Of a DNA stretch of 64,000 nucleotides, positions 35,537-46,853 are shown one piece after another (within the stretch, counting starts at the first letter, position 1; every line of letters begins with the position of its first letter). The DNA comes from an uncultured bacterium (GTDB lineage: Bacteria > Verrucomicrobiota > Verrucomicrobiia > Limisphaerales > UBA8199). The notes under the pieces were generated by a model that worked only from the letters and a program-made list of their open reading frames with translations, was not told the DNA's origin and made no database searches. The stretch lies in NCBI GenBank assembly GCA_963749495.1, contig CAVVMW010000005.1, positions 320,001 to 384,000 on the forward strand, read 5' to 3'. Both the position numbers and the translations under genes were made by a program.

Positions 35537-38359
35537 TTAAGGGACCAAATAACCCGTTGTCCAGATGGGCGGCGCGAGGCCTTCGACTTGGCTGGGAGCC
35601 ACGTCGGATGGAAAGTTGCCGTCGAGGATGCCTCCGTCCCCCCACTCATCGTCCGTGATCCGGCGCGGAGCGCCGATGACTTCAAATTCGTAGTGGCTCA
35701 AAACTGGTCCAGCGCAGATAAAGCGATCCGCTCCATTGTCCACCGCGATCAGCAGCAGGTTCACGCGTCCGATGCCTTCGTGGAGGACGCTCCCTGGGTC
35801 TGGAGGATTACAATTAGGGTCTGGAGGAAGGCACGGCGCATCGGTGTGCACGTCGGCGACGATGGCGTCGTGGACTCCCGAGCCGTATGTGAGGTCGAAC
35901 CCGAATGTGTCCCAGTAGATCGTCCGATAGAACAGTTTCGGGTACCAGCCACTGTAGGTCAGAAGGCGAGGCATACAACCGAAGCTAGCATAGAACTCCA
36001 CCACCTCAGCTCCGACAAACTGCTCGTCGTCCGCAGTGAAGCTCTCCTGCGCCAGTTCTTTGGCCGCCAAATCTGCCAGGCGGGCGGCGATGCCCGCGAA
36101 GCGCTGCAAGTGGGCGACCTGGCGATTGCGAATCGTCTCCAAGGAGACGGTGTTGGTGCCCCAATCTCCGGTTGGCATTTCGTCGCCCGTCACTGGATCG
36201 ACCAGCGGTGGAGGCTGGCCAACATACGTGTAACTGCCCTGGTATGGGAGACCCGCGAGGAGTTCCGCCGTGCGCGCGGCCATTGCTCCCAACCGGTTCC
36301 AGAACTCCACGCGAGGTTCGACAAACCCCGTCGGATAAAGACAGGCACCGCCGCCGGCGGTGTAGGACTGCTTGGCGTAGAGAATCGTGTCGTGCCGCAG
36401 TTGCGCCCATGAGGCGAGCTGTGTGTTGAGCGTCTTCATCGCCCAAGCGCGTGTGCGCATCGCTTCGGGATACTTCGCGTCCGTCGTGGGGGCGGAGAGT
36501 TCACGCAGACAGGCGAGCCAGCTCATGTACATGTTGCTGTCCCATGCATCGGGCGTCTGCTGGTCCATCACCGCGCGCGCGGCAGCCAGATTGTGCTGAT
36601 AGGGCAGCCCATCGCGGAACTGCATCGCATGAGGGCGGTTGGTGTCCGGGTACGTGCCCTTCATTTGCTCAACCAGCTCCGGCACGACCTGGTCGTTGCC
36701 GAGCACGGCGAACGCGGCGTCGAGCGCCCCGGGCACGCGCCGCTTCACTTTATTCGTCTGGCCATTCTCCACCCACAGGATGCTGTCAAAGACCGTTTGC
36801 GAAAAAGCCCAGCTATCCGGCACGAACTTCTGGCCCAAGACCGTGAACGTCTGCGGCAGGGCGTAGCGTGCCGCCGGGCCAAAGGGCGAGGCAAACCAAC
36901 CGCTGCGGATGTTCTGCACGCCCAACGCGCCGTTCACAATGTTGGTCTGCAACTGGCTAAGCGTCGCCACGTCCGGCACGTCGGCCAGCGTGCGGATGCC
37001 CGCCCCAGCCAGCAAGCCGTTGAGCTGCCCGAAGTTCAGCGAGTCGGTCCACCCGACAAAGGCCGAGGTGATATTGTCCATGTCCGCCCAGGTCTGGAAC
37101 TGCCCGGACTGGTTCAGCAGGCGCCAGAAAACGATGGCGACGCCCAGCTCGCGTGGCGAGGCCATCCGTGCGTCGAGGGGACACCGCTCGAATGGTCCGC
37201 CGGCCACAGGCACGTCAATGAAGCCCAGCCACATCACACATTGGAAGTAACGGCCCAAGCGCTCTGAATGCGTATAGTGCCCGCGGACCTCGAACTGCGA
37301 GAAGTCCACCATCCGGCAGAAACCCATGAAGTCGTTCTCCTGCACGAGTTGTAAACCGTAGATGTCCGCCAATGTTTGGGCCACGCGCGCGTCCTGCCCG
37401 AGCACGGAAGGGGCCGAGGGTTGGTTGGTGCCCGCCAGCAGCGAGCGCGCGACGGCCAGAAACCAATCCGCGTCGCGCAGGCTGTCGTGGAGCGCGCCGT
37501 TGCCGACCTCGGCATCCGCCGCCGCGACTTGCGCCGCCATGCCGTCGAGCATTGTCCCGACGGAGTTATAGAGGTAGGTTTCCTCGGTTTCTTCCAGCAT
37601 CGCGTCGTAGGTCCGATGCCACGCCTCCAACAGCGCGTCGGCGGAGACGAACACCGGCAGGTCGCTGAAAAACAGATTGTAGAAGACCTGCGCGAAACTG
37701 AAACCGCCCGGCGGTCCGCACACGACGAAGCCATTCTGCTTGAAGATCGCCAGCTCCGGCGCGCTGAGCCGGGTGTCCACAGAGCGATAACCGCGGTCGC
37801 CCGGTTGCTTGCCGGCGTTCACGACATCGGGATCGGCGCTGAACAGGTCCCAGTACTGGGCCGTCGTCGGATCCCATGTAATGCCGGGCAGATAACTCGC
37901 GGTGCCGGGAAACATCGCGGCGAACTCATCCGGTGAGATTTGGCCGATGCGCTGCAGCTCTTGTGTGAAGGCATCGCCGTAGCCAAACACTTGAGCGCCG
38001 CCGGAACCGAGACTGGCAGCGGCAGGCTGCTGGACAACCAATACGCGGTAGAAGGCGAGCGGTTGGTCAGTCCCAAGCGCCAGGCTGAGGCTCAGGCCGG
38101 GCAGCGCTGCGGAACCGCGCTGGCGCTCGCCGACGGGCTGCCAATGGTTCAAATCAGTGCTGCTCTGAACCTCGAACCAGGGAAAAACCGCCGTGCCGCC
38201 ACTGCCAACGGACTGCGAGGGCCAGTGGATTTCAAGGTTCGGGCCGTTCAGATGCAGGGTTAGCTTGACGTTCGCATCATAGCTTGGGCCTTGAGCGGGC
38301 GAGGAGGTGGCGGTTGCGGCCAGCACCGCACAGAGGAACAAAGGATTTTGGGGTTTCAT
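35537..38359 (-). CDS. DUF3160 domain secreted protein
   Basis: LxxNGFVV, DFSQFEVRGHYT, LASWAQLRHDTILYAKQSY, GFVEP, VADVHT, GPVLSHYEF. Confidence 0.88.
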   Translation of the reverse strand: MKPQNPLFLCAVLAATATSSPAQGPSYDANVKLTLHLNGPNLEIHWPSQSVGSGGTAVFPWFEVQSSTDLNHWQPVGERQRGSAALPGLSLSLALGTDQPLAFYRVLVVQQPAAASLGSGGAQVFGYGDAFTQELQRIGQISPDEFAAMFPGTASYLPGITWDPTTAQYWDLFSADPDVVNAGKQPGDRGYRSVDTRLSAPELAIFKQNGFVVCGPPGGFSFAQVFYNLFFSDLPVFVSADALLEAWHRTYDAMLEETEETYLYNSVGTMLDGMAAQVAAADAEVGNGALHDSLRDADWFLAVARSLLAGTNQPSAPSVLGQDARVAQTLADIYGLQLVQENDFMGFCRMVDFSQFEVRGHYTHSERLGRYFQCVMWLGFIDVPVAGGPFERCPLDARMASPRELGVAIVFWRLLNQSGQFQTWADMDNITSAFVGWTDSLNFGQLNGLLAGAGIRTLADVPDVATLSQLQTNIVNGALGVQNIRSGWFASPFGPAARYALPQTFTVLGQKFVPDSWAFSQTVFDSILWVENGQTNKVKRRVPGALDAAFAVLGNDQVVPELVEQMKGTYPDTNRPHAMQFRDGLPYQHNLAAARAVMDQQTPDAWDSNMYMSWLACLRELSAPTTDAKYPEAMRTRAWAMKTLNTQLASWAQLRHDTILYAKQSYTAGGGACLYPTGFVEPRVEFWNRLGAMAARTAELLAGLPYQGSYTYVGQPPPLVDPVTGDEMPTGDWGTNTVSLETIRNRQVAHLQRFAGIAARLADLAAKELAQESFTADDEQFVGAEVVEFYASFGCMPRLLTYSGWYPKLFYRTIYWDTFGFDLTYGSGVHDAIVADVHTDAPCLPPDPNCNPPDPGSVLHEGIGRVNLLLIAVDNGADRFICAGPVLSHYEFEVIGAPRRITDDEWGDGGILDGNFPSDVAPSQVEGLAPPIWTTGYLVP

Positions 38360-38934
38360 AATATTCTTTTTGCCGTGCGCCCGGCTATTGGCGCTGCGCG
38401 GGCGAGGGGGAATTGGTTCCTGATCGTGCGCATGTTGAAAAACGCTTCTGGGCGGGCAGTTGGTTTAATTGGCCCTGATCGCCTTTGGGTTTCCTGGTTT
38501 CTGGATTAAAGGAAGCGGCGGTGACCTCGATGGACGAGGGGGTCAATGGCCGCTCGTTGGCATGACCTCTGGGATGGTAAGCACCTGATGCATGCTCGCC
38601 CGAACCCGCCCCCGCAATTCCCGATGCCCATTTCATAACCCACCGGCCACCCAACTACACCGCCACGAAACCAGCAAGCCCTCACCGCCAATCGCTGATT
38701 TCTGCCGGGCAACCTTCCGTCTGGCCACAAGCCCAAGAAGGTGTCGAGAGGAATATTTTCACGGCGGCCAGCATGTCTCGTGCCAATCGTGCCAAACCGA
38801 TGTTCGCTCTGATAAGAATTTGCCGTTTGCCGCGCCACCGGTTGTTGACGCTGTGCGGGCGAGATTTCTGTTGACAACTCTCACGATTTCATTCACCCTT
38901 GGGATGAATGATTTGTTGACAACCGATCAGACCT

Positions 38935-39270
38935 GTGGAACTTTCTTTCAGAAACAGCAAATTGGCGAAGATGCTGAACTCCGAACGAGAGCTTGTCCGG
39001 TCCTACGGTGCCGACAACGGTCGCCGCATCGGCCTGCGGCTGCACAACATCCGCGACGCCGGCACTCTTGAGGAGCTTTCAAAAGTGCCTCAAACGCGCG
39101 TCCACGAATTGACCGGGGACCGAAACGAGCAAATCTCTGTGGACGCCAAGCATCCCTATCGCCTCATCCTGGTCTGCAATCACGAAGAAACGCCCAGAAA
39201 GTCCGATGGCGGGCTGGACTGGGCGCGCATCACGAAGGTGCAACTCATCGAAATTGTTGACACACACTAA
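38935..39270 (+). CDS. higB: HigB-like (RelE superfamily) toxin
   Basis: MELSFRNSKLAK...HELTGDR..QISVD..HPYRLI...IEIVDTH. Confidence 0.85.
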   Translation: MELSFRNSKLAKMLNSERELVRSYGADNGRRIGLRLHNIRDAGTLEELSKVPQTRVHELTGDRNEQISVDAKHPYRLILVCNHEETPRKSDGGLDWARITKVQLIEIVDTH

Positions 39271-39272
39271 TT

Positions 39273-40378
39273 ATGAGCACCACCACCTCTTCTTCCAACC
39301 GGATTACGCCGTCCATCCCGGCGAAACGCTTGCCGAAACTCTCGAACAACTCGGCATGTCCCAGGCAGAACTCGCCCAACGCATGGGCCGGCCTTTACAG
39401 ATGATCAGCGAAATCATTCAGGGCAAGAAGGCTATCACAGCCGAGACCGCTCTCCAACTCGAGCGCGCCACCGGTGTGCCTGCCAACTTCTGGAACTCGT
39501 CTCAGCGTAACTACGAGGCAACCCTAGCTCGCCTGGAGGAGGAGCGCGGGCTCGCGCCCGACTCCTCCTGGCTCACACAATTTCCACTGAAGGCCCTTAT
39601 CAATCTCCGCTGGCTTCCTGAATGTGAATCCCCTTCCGAGCAGTTGCGCGCTCTCCTCAATTTCTTCGGTGTCGCCGGGATGCGAGAATGGAAAGCCCTC
39701 TGGACCGGTCCGGAGGTTGCCTATCGCAAATCCAGTGCGTTCGCAGCCAATCCCATGGCGGCAGCCGCCTGGCTCCGGCAGGGCGAGCGCGTCGCTCAAC
39801 AGATCCGGACCGAGCCGTACAATCAGGAGGTCTTCGTAAAAGCACTCTACGAAATCCGGAGGCTCACCGCTTGCGACGCCGACGTCTTCGTTCCAAGGGC
39901 GGCAGAACTCTGCCGGACTGCTGGAGTCGCTCTGGTGTTTATCCCCGAGCTTCCTGCGACACGTGCCTACGGAGCCACGCGTTGGCTCACCCCTTCGAAA
40001 GCCATCCTCCAACTCAGCCTGCGAGGCAAAACCGACGACTTCCTCTGGTTCACTTTCTTCCACGAAAGCGCTCACATCCTCAAACACGGCAAACGCGACG
40101 TTTTCATTGAAGCTCCAGACGGCATCCACGACCAGGAGAGCCGCCGCAAGGAGCACGAGGCGGACACTTTCGCTTCGGATTTCCTGATCCCGAGGCACGC
40201 CCTGAGCGAATTCCGTCAGCAAAGGCGGTTCACCACTCAAACCATTGAACGATTCGCCGCGCAACTCGCCATCGCTCCCGGCATCGTCGTCGGCCGCCTC
40301 CAGCAGGAAGGGCTCCTGCCCTATACGCATCTTAACGTGCTGAAGACGCGCTTTTGCTTCAAAGACAGCGACGAATAG
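39273..40378 (+). CDS. higA: HigA antitoxin HTH fused to ImmA/IrrE metallopeptidase (frameshift just after ATG)
   Basis: HPGETL...MSQAELAQRMG...ITAETALQLE; FWFTFFHESAH zinc motif. Confidence 0.88.
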
Positions 40379-40411
40379 CGGACATACCAGGAAACAGCTA
40401 ACGCCGAGATT

Positions 40412-41230
40412 ATGAGCCAGGCAAATTCCACCGGAGAAACGCCGCCAGCGCCCGTGGCACGACCAAACGGGAACGTCGCTAAGCTGATGACGCACCTGCT
40501 GGACAACTGGATGGATGGCAACCCGCTCTTCACCTGGATGAGCCGTGCGTTGCTGCCGGATTACCGGGCGCCGGCAAAACCGGGCCTGCCTGCAACCGGG
40601 CCGCGAGAAATCCCCCATGCCGACGAGGGAATGAGAGCGGCCCTGGAGACCCTGCGTTTGTATCCCGTTGATCGGGTGCTGCGGCCGGTCATGAACTCAC
40701 TGCGCACGGACATCGAACCCAATCCGTTTGCCCGCGGCGAAAAGCTCAGTGCCCGGCCGATTCCGATCAACGAGCGTCCCCTGGACAACGAATACGCCTG
40801 GAAAGGCAATCCCTACCAGATGGACGGCTGGCTCAAGCCGATTGTGACGGTGTTCCAATTCTCCTGCGACGATCCTCTGGTCGGCTGGTTTAGCGACAGC
40901 ACGGGGGCGGTGTTCATGACCCTGGACGGCGGGAAGCAGTGGCATGACGTGAGTGGGGGGTTGCGCGGCGCCCGCGCACAGACCCTGGTTGCGTCCAGCC
41001 GGCGCACATTCGTTCTTCACGCCCAGACCGACCAGGGGGTGTTCCTCAGCCGTGATGGCGGCATGAGTTGGCGTCCGGTTCCCCAGGGAGACGCGGTCAC
41101 ATTCCCGGCCTTTGATTTCAAACAATGGCTCCGGGTCTCCGGCAATCTCTCCTGCCGCATAAATGCGGCGTTCCGAACCCGGCCGGAACGCCGCATTTAT
41201 GCGGCAGGGCCCAAAAATAAGAATTGCTGA
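40412..41230 (+). pseudogene. Fragment of BNR/Asp-box propeller protein
   Basis: TLDGGKQW, SRDGGMSW; ends in a palindrome at 41152-41207. Confidence 0.55.
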
Positions 41231-41306
41231 ATCTGCCTGCGCAAGGCTGGACTTTGGCGTCGTGAACACCTAAAATCGCCCCCGCATATTCGAACACGAA
41301 CATTCT

Positions 41307-42494
41307 ATGAAATTACCTTCCGCCATAACGACCATTTGCACCGGCCTGTCTCTCTCCGCCAGCGCGTTTGCTGCCAACGTGGGGTCTCCGTTCTACGGGG
41401 ACGCCCCCGATGAACACCATCCATGGGCGGTGCACGACCGCAATCGTCCCCAGCCCACGCTGGTCACGCCCGGCACCTTCAGCTCCCAGGAGCAACCGGG
41501 CAAACCGCCCTCCGACGCCATCATCCTTTTCGATGGGACCGACCTCTCCAAATGGGAGGCCGACGAGGGAACCGGTGTCCCCACCAAATGGGTCGTGAAG
41601 GACGGCGCCATGGAGTGCGTTCCCGGCTCGGGCTATATCCGCACCAAAGACAAGCTGGGCGACATCCAACTGCACGTCGAATGGGCGGCGCCCACCAAAG
41701 CCGAGGGCGAAAGCCAGGGGCGCGGCAACAGCGGCGTCTTCCTGATGGGTTTGGTGGAAATCCAGGTGCTCGACGACTACAACAATCCCACTTACCCCGA
41801 CGGCTTCGCGGGCTCGGTCTATGGCGTCAACCCGCCGCTGGCCAATGCCTTGCGCCCCCCCGGCCAGTTCCAGGCTTATGACATCGTTTTCCGCCGGCCA
41901 ATCTACAAGGACGGCAAACCATTGGACCCCGGTTACGTCACGGTCTTCGAAAACGGGGTCTTGGTCCAGGACCATACCATGCTGGAAGGCGGCACCGGTC
42001 ACATGGGCCGCAGCAAGCCGGGGCCTTTCCCGGAGGCCGGGCCCCTCAAGCTTCAGGATCACGGCAATCCGGTCCGTTACCGCAACGTCTGGTATCGTCC
42101 CCTGCCTCCCCGCGCCATCGAAGGCGGCACCGACGGCTATCTGACCACGGAAGCCACCATGGCCAAGCGCCAGCAGATCGCCGCCCTGATCCGGCAAGAC
42201 GCCGAGAAACTAAAGGACCCCGCCAATCCCGTGCCGGAAATGCTCCGCCTGGCGGAATCGCTCGTGTACGAGAACGATGCCGACGCGGCCCAAAGGGCCG
42301 GAGAACTGGCGGGCCAATATTGGGCGGGCATCGAGCAACTGCCCCCAGACAAGCTGGCCGCCAAAAAGGATGAACTGAAGCACCTGCGCAACGTCTGCAA
42401 GTACCTCGCCCGCTTTAACATCATCGCGGAGGATGCCGAGGGGAAGGTCAGACTCGAGGCACTCATCAAAGAGCACAATTGGGACAAGAAATAG
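41307..42494 (+). CDS. DUF1080 (3-keto-disaccharide hydrolase family) protein
   Basis: PPSDAIILFDG, QLHVEW, RGNSGVF, EIQVLD, LQDHGNPVRYRNVW. Confidence 0.92.
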   Translation: MKLPSAITTICTGLSLSASAFAANVGSPFYGDAPDEHHPWAVHDRNRPQPTLVTPGTFSSQEQPGKPPSDAIILFDGTDLSKWEADEGTGVPTKWVVKDGAMECVPGSGYIRTKDKLGDIQLHVEWAAPTKAEGESQGRGNSGVFLMGLVEIQVLDDYNNPTYPDGFAGSVYGVNPPLANALRPPGQFQAYDIVFRRPIYKDGKPLDPGYVTVFENGVLVQDHTMLEGGTGHMGRSKPGPFPEAGPLKLQDHGNPVRYRNVWYRPLPPRAIEGGTDGYLTTEATMAKRQQIAALIRQDAEKLKDPANPVPEMLRLAESLVYENDADAAQRAGELAGQYWAGIEQLPPDKLAAKKDELKHLRNVCKYLARFNIIAEDAEGKVRLEALIKEHNWDKK

Positions 42495-42748
42495 TCGCGC
42501 GGACGGAACTGAAGGTAAGGCCTCAGTGAAGGCGGGAGCGTCACGGAGGCAGACCCCTCACCCCGGCCCTCTCCCCATCGGATGGGGAGAGGGAGAATTC
42601 TCCGCAGTCGCTCGAGGGACCAGAGATGCCTGGAAGTTCAAGAGACTGCCGACGCTTCTCCCTCTCCCCTTCGGAAGGGGAGAGGGCTGGGGTGAGGGGT
42701 CCGCCGGGGACTCCGTCCCCGCCGTCACTGACCGATTGCAACCGAAGC

Positions 42749-42871
42749 ATGAAAATCGTTGAAAAACCCTGGGGCCGCGAAATCTGGGTCGCCGTCACCC
42801 AAGAGTATGCCCTTAAGATCATCGAGTTCAAAAAGGGAAGCCGTTCCAAGCTTCAACACCACCGGAAGTGA
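42749..42871 (+). pseudogene. Cupin (mannose-6-phosphate isomerase-like) N-terminal fragment
   Basis: MKIVEKPWGREIW...YALKII...G.R..LQHH. Confidence 0.7.
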
Positions 42872-44040
42872 AACCCTCGAACCAGAGGCCGAAGGTCGTC
42901 GTACTCGGGGCGGGTGCCACCGGTCGCGGCCACGTAGGGCTGCTGGCCTGGCAGGCGGGGGCGCACGTTGTTTTTGCCGATGCCAATGAAAGGCTGGTTC
43001 GCGCCCTCCAGCAGGCCGGTTCGTATCGCGTGGATATTCACGATGGCAAGACTTGCCGGCCGGTGGTCGTGGAGGGAGCGGATTACCTGAGCGCCGCTCA
43101 GCGCGAGGCCGTTTCCCGGCACATTGCGGATGCCGACCTGGTGCTGACTTCGGTCTTCGATCAGAACCTTCCGGACGTTGCGATGACTGTGGCGCTCGCC
43201 GCCAAGCGTTGCCGTGAAGCCGGGCGCACCCAGCCGCTGAACTTCATTGCGTGCGAGAACATGCAAAACAGCTCTTCCACGCTGGGCCGGCATGTGCGCG
43301 AGGCCCTGGCCGGGGAAGATTTGGATTATTGTCGCCGTTACTTCGGGTTTCCGGATTGCATGATCAGCCGGGTGGTGCCCCAACCTGAGCCTGATCCGCT
43401 GGTAATTACCGCCGAGGATTACAACGAGTGGACCGCCCGGCGTCAGGATTTCAAAGGCCAAGCCCCGGCGTGGCTGACGGCCTTGGAGCTTGTGGACAAC
43501 CAGGACGCGCGGCTCGAACGCAAGCTCTTCATGCACAACGGCGGCCATGCGATCTGCGGCTATCTGGGTTTCCATTACGGGCATCGCCACATCCACGAAG
43601 CCGTGGCCGATGCGAGAGTTGCCCGGTGTGTGGTCGGGGCCTGCGATCAGATCGGCGAAGTGGTCCGGCGCAAGCACGGGTTTCCGGTGGAAAACATCGA
43701 GGCATACAAGAACGATTTGTATCGCCGCGGCGCCATTCCCGAGATGCGTGACCAGATACTGCGGGTCGTGCGGCAGCCCTTGCGCAAGCTGGGCGGACAG
43801 GAGCGTCTGGTGGCTCCGGCCCGCCTTGCTTTTCAATACGGGCTCCCGCGCGACCAGATCGTCCGGGGTATTGTGGCCGCGCTCAAATATCAGCATCCCG
43901 GCGATCCTCAATCGCTGGAGATGCAACGCGCGATCCAGGAGAATGGCATTAAGGGCTTGCTGTGCAAGGTGAGCCAGTTGACGCCGGAGGAGCCGTTGAT
44001 CGCAGAAATCGAAGATGCCTGGGCTGCCTGGCACCTCTAA
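42868..44040 (+). CDS. Mannitol-1-phosphate 5-dehydrogenase-like polyol dehydrogenase
   Basis: LGAGATGRG, IACENM, ISRVVP, ERKLFMHNGGHA, RVVRQPLRKLG..ERL. Confidence 0.9.
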   Translation: MKPSNQRPKVVVLGAGATGRGHVGLLAWQAGAHVVFADANERLVRALQQAGSYRVDIHDGKTCRPVVVEGADYLSAAQREAVSRHIADADLVLTSVFDQNLPDVAMTVALAAKRCREAGRTQPLNFIACENMQNSSSTLGRHVREALAGEDLDYCRRYFGFPDCMISRVVPQPEPDPLVITAEDYNEWTARRQDFKGQAPAWLTALELVDNQDARLERKLFMHNGGHAICGYLGFHYGHRHIHEAVADARVARCVVGACDQIGEVVRRKHGFPVENIEAYKNDLYRRGAIPEMRDQILRVVRQPLRKLGGQERLVAPARLAFQYGLPRDQIVRGIVAALKYQHPGDPQSLEMQRAIQENGIKGLLCKVSQLTPEEPLIAEIEDAWAAWHL

Positions 44041-44055
44041 CCAGTTTGCAGAACT

Positions 44056-45474
44056 ATGATACACGTTGACCCAAAGACTCTGACGCTGATGAAGCTGGAC
44101 CTTGATCAGCGGGAAGAGGCCATTCGCCGCTATGTCTGTGAAGCCCTGGAATCGCTTGCCCCGGCAGATCTGCGGGACACGATTGTGGCTGCCTTCTTCG
44201 TCGCCGCCCGAAGCATGACCGTGCAGGCGGTGGGAGCCGAGATTTCCTACCACATGACCAGCGGTGTGCGCTCGGCCAGCCCCGGCTCGTTGCTGGACCA
44301 GTGCAGCGGGAGGGTCGTGGACTACGTTCACTTCGAGCCGAACGGGCGCACCGGCGTTGTCCGGGTCGCGTTTCCGCTGAAGATGCTGCTGCACGAAGAT
44401 GGCGGTTTATACACGACGGACATCCTGCACATCACGGCCGGCGAAGGCACCTTCGGCCTCACCGAGCACGCCGACATCAAGCTGGTGTGGGTGGATATGT
44501 CCGACAAATCGCTGAATCGCTTTCCCGGACCCGCTCACGGCGCTCCCGGAGTCCGCCAGTTGACCGGTTTGGCCGACAACGAGATCGCCTTTGGAACGAT
44601 CCTCAAACCATGTACGGGCATCACGCCCGAAGAAGAATCCGCCATCATCTCGCAAGCGGCGGCCAATCCCCTGTTCATCTTCGTCAAAGAGGACGAGAAT
44701 TTTCTTCCCGGGGTGTCCTTCGCTCCCTTGCGCGAGCGCCTGCGTCACGCCAAACAGGCCATCGAGCGGGCAAAAGAGCGGCGTCGAGGCAAAGGCCTGA
44801 TTTTTGCCCCGCACATCGGAGCCCCGCCCCAGCATCTGCCGGCCCTGGTTGACATGGCAGCGGAGGCCGGCATGAACGGGATCATGTTCAGCGAGTACTA
44901 CACGGGCGGCGCGGTCCGGATGGCTCGGGAGCAACTGCGCCGCCTGCCGTGTCCTCCCGTCATTTACGGTCACAATGGCGGGATCTCCTGCCGAACGCGG
45001 CACGTGTATCGGGAGGTCCTGGACTACTTTGCCCGGCTTGACGGCGTCGATTTCCGCCAGACGGCGCCGCTAAGCTGCACCGGTGAGAGTCTGCTGCGGC
45101 CGGTTGGACTCGAGTGGCGCAAATGCGAGGAAGCCCTCTCCCGCCCCGCCGGAGGTCATCCGGTGGTGATGATGGCCCGGGCGGGCGGGCTGGATCAGGG
45201 CAACATTATTCAGAACCTCATGGACGTTTCGCGGCATGGTTCCGCAGGCAACTATTTGTTCCTGGCGGGTTCGGCCATCAACGGCATAAAAAACAAGGCG
45301 GGGGAATATGACCCCGGAATCGGGGCGTTGGCGATGGAACAGGCGCTGCAGCTCTTTAAGAGGCGCGTCTGCACTTCACCCGACCAGTTGAACCCGCAGG
45401 CGCTCGCATCCTGCGCCAGCTCCAACGGGATGCCCGAATTGGCCGAAGCGCTCCGTCAGCGATACCGGCTCTGA
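44056..45474 (+). CDS. RuBisCO-like protein (form IV)
   Basis: FPGP.HG, GTILKP, VKEDEN (KDDE equivalent), YGHNGG, AGGL. Confidence 0.88.
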   Translation: MIHVDPKTLTLMKLDLDQREEAIRRYVCEALESLAPADLRDTIVAAFFVAARSMTVQAVGAEISYHMTSGVRSASPGSLLDQCSGRVVDYVHFEPNGRTGVVRVAFPLKMLLHEDGGLYTTDILHITAGEGTFGLTEHADIKLVWVDMSDKSLNRFPGPAHGAPGVRQLTGLADNEIAFGTILKPCTGITPEEESAIISQAAANPLFIFVKEDENFLPGVSFAPLRERLRHAKQAIERAKERRRGKGLIFAPHIGAPPQHLPALVDMAAEAGMNGIMFSEYYTGGAVRMAREQLRRLPCPPVIYGHNGGISCRTRHVYREVLDYFARLDGVDFRQTAPLSCTGESLLRPVGLEWRKCEEALSRPAGGHPVVMMARAGGLDQGNIIQNLMDVSRHGSAGNYLFLAGSAINGIKNKAGEYDPGIGALAMEQALQLFKRRVCTSPDQLNPQALASCASSNGMPELAEALRQRYRL

Positions 45475-45602
45475 TCTCAGAAAATTGCCTGCGCCTCAGG
45501 TCCCGGAAAGCCAGTGGAACAGCCAAGTCCGGGAGTGGATCTGCACGGCAGGAATAAGCCGGGGACTTGACCGATCTGCTCCGGCGAGTTAGAACCTTGG
45601 CC

Positions 45603-46853
45603 ATGAAAGCACATTTGACGCTCCTGTTGATCTTGGCCGCAGCTCGCGTCGCTTCCGCGGCCGACCTGCCCGAACCGGTCGTGCCCCAAGGTGCCGGTGT
45701 GAACATCCATTTCGTCCGCGGTCACGAACGCGACCTCGACCTCGTTGCCGCCGCCGGCTTCAAGTTCATCCGCATGGACTTCGCCTGGGGCGCTATCGAA
45801 CGCAGGAAAGGCGAATACAACTGGACCGACTACGACGGCCTGGCCGCCAATCTCGAGAATCGCGGACTGCGGGCCATTTACATACTGGACTATTCCAACG
45901 GTCTCTACGAAGAGGCCGGCGCCTCGCCCCGGCATTCCGAGAGCGTCGCCGCCTTTGCCCGCTGGGCGGGCGCGGCCGCCCGGCATTTCCAGGGACGCCG
46001 CATCATCTGGGAGATCTGGAACGAGCCGAACATCGCGCAATTCTGGAAACCCAAGCCCGACGTGCGCGAGTACATCGCCCTCGCCCAGGCTGCCTGCCGC
46101 GCCCTGCGTGAGAGCAATCCCCACGCCACCATCATCGCTCCCGCCTCCTCCGAGTTTCCCTGGGCGTTCCTCGAAGCGGTGTGCGAGTCGGGCCTGCTCG
46201 AACAACTCGACGCCGTCAGTGTCCATCCCTATCGCGGACCCCAGCGCCCGCCGGAAACGGCCGCCACGGACTACCTCAAACTGCGCGCCCTCATCGAGCG
46301 CTGCGCCTCACCCGAGAAAAAGACCCTCCCCATCGTGAGCGGCGAGTGGGGCTATTCCACCCACAGCCGGGGCGTCTCCCTCGACACCCAGGCCGCCTTC
46401 CTCGCCCGCCAGCAACTGGCCAACCTGTGGCAGGGCGTTCCGCTCTCGATATGGTACGACTGGAAGAACGACGGCGACGACCCGGCCGAAAACGAGCACA
46501 ACTTCGGGACCGTTTATCCCAACCTCCGCCCCAAGCCCGCGTTCGCGGCCCTCCAGGTCATGACCCGCGAACTGGCCGGCTGCCGCGTCGCGCGCCGCCT
46601 CGACGCCGGCCAACCCGATTGCTATGTCCTGCTATTGGTCAACTCCGCCGGCGCGCAGAAGCTCGCCGCCTGGAGCATCGCCGGCCCGCAACCAGCCAGC
46701 GTCAACATCGGACTCGATGCCCCCGGCGATGTCGCCATCGTTGACGGCAAGGGCCAACCGCAAGCGGTGAACCTCGAGCAAACCCGCCTCCACTTGGTGC
46801 TGGCGCCCCTGCCGCAATACATCACGTTGAAAAAGCCCAGCCGCACGCTCTGA
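45603..46853 (+). CDS. Clan GH-A glycoside hydrolase (GH5/GH39-like)
   Basis: GVNIHF, WEIWNEPN, VSVHPY, SGEWGYS. Confidence 0.88.
   Translation: MKAHLTLLLILAAARVASAADLPEPVVPQGAGVNIHFVRGHERDLDLVAAAGFKFIRMDFAWGAIERRKGEYNWTDYDGLAANLENRGLRAIYILDYSNGLYEEAGASPRHSESVAAFARWAGAAARHFQGRRIIWEIWNEPNIAQFWKPKPDVREYIALAQAACRALRESNPHATIIAPASSEFPWAFLEAVCESGLLEQLDAVSVHPYRGPQRPPETAATDYLKLRALIERCASPEKKTLPIVSGEWGYSTHSRGVSLDTQAAFLARQQLANLWQGVPLSIWYDWKNDGDDPAENEHNFGTVYPNLRPKPAFAALQVMTRELAGCRVARRLDAGQPDCYVLLLVNSAGAQKLAAWSIAGPQPASVNIGLDAPGDVAIVDGKGQPQAVNLEQTRLHLVLAPLPQYITLKKPSRTL

Noticed and set aside
44056..45474. CO2-fixing RuBisCO
   Set aside because: Divergent active-site motif (KEDE, no GxDFxKDDE context), and no small subunit or phosphoribulokinase nearby.
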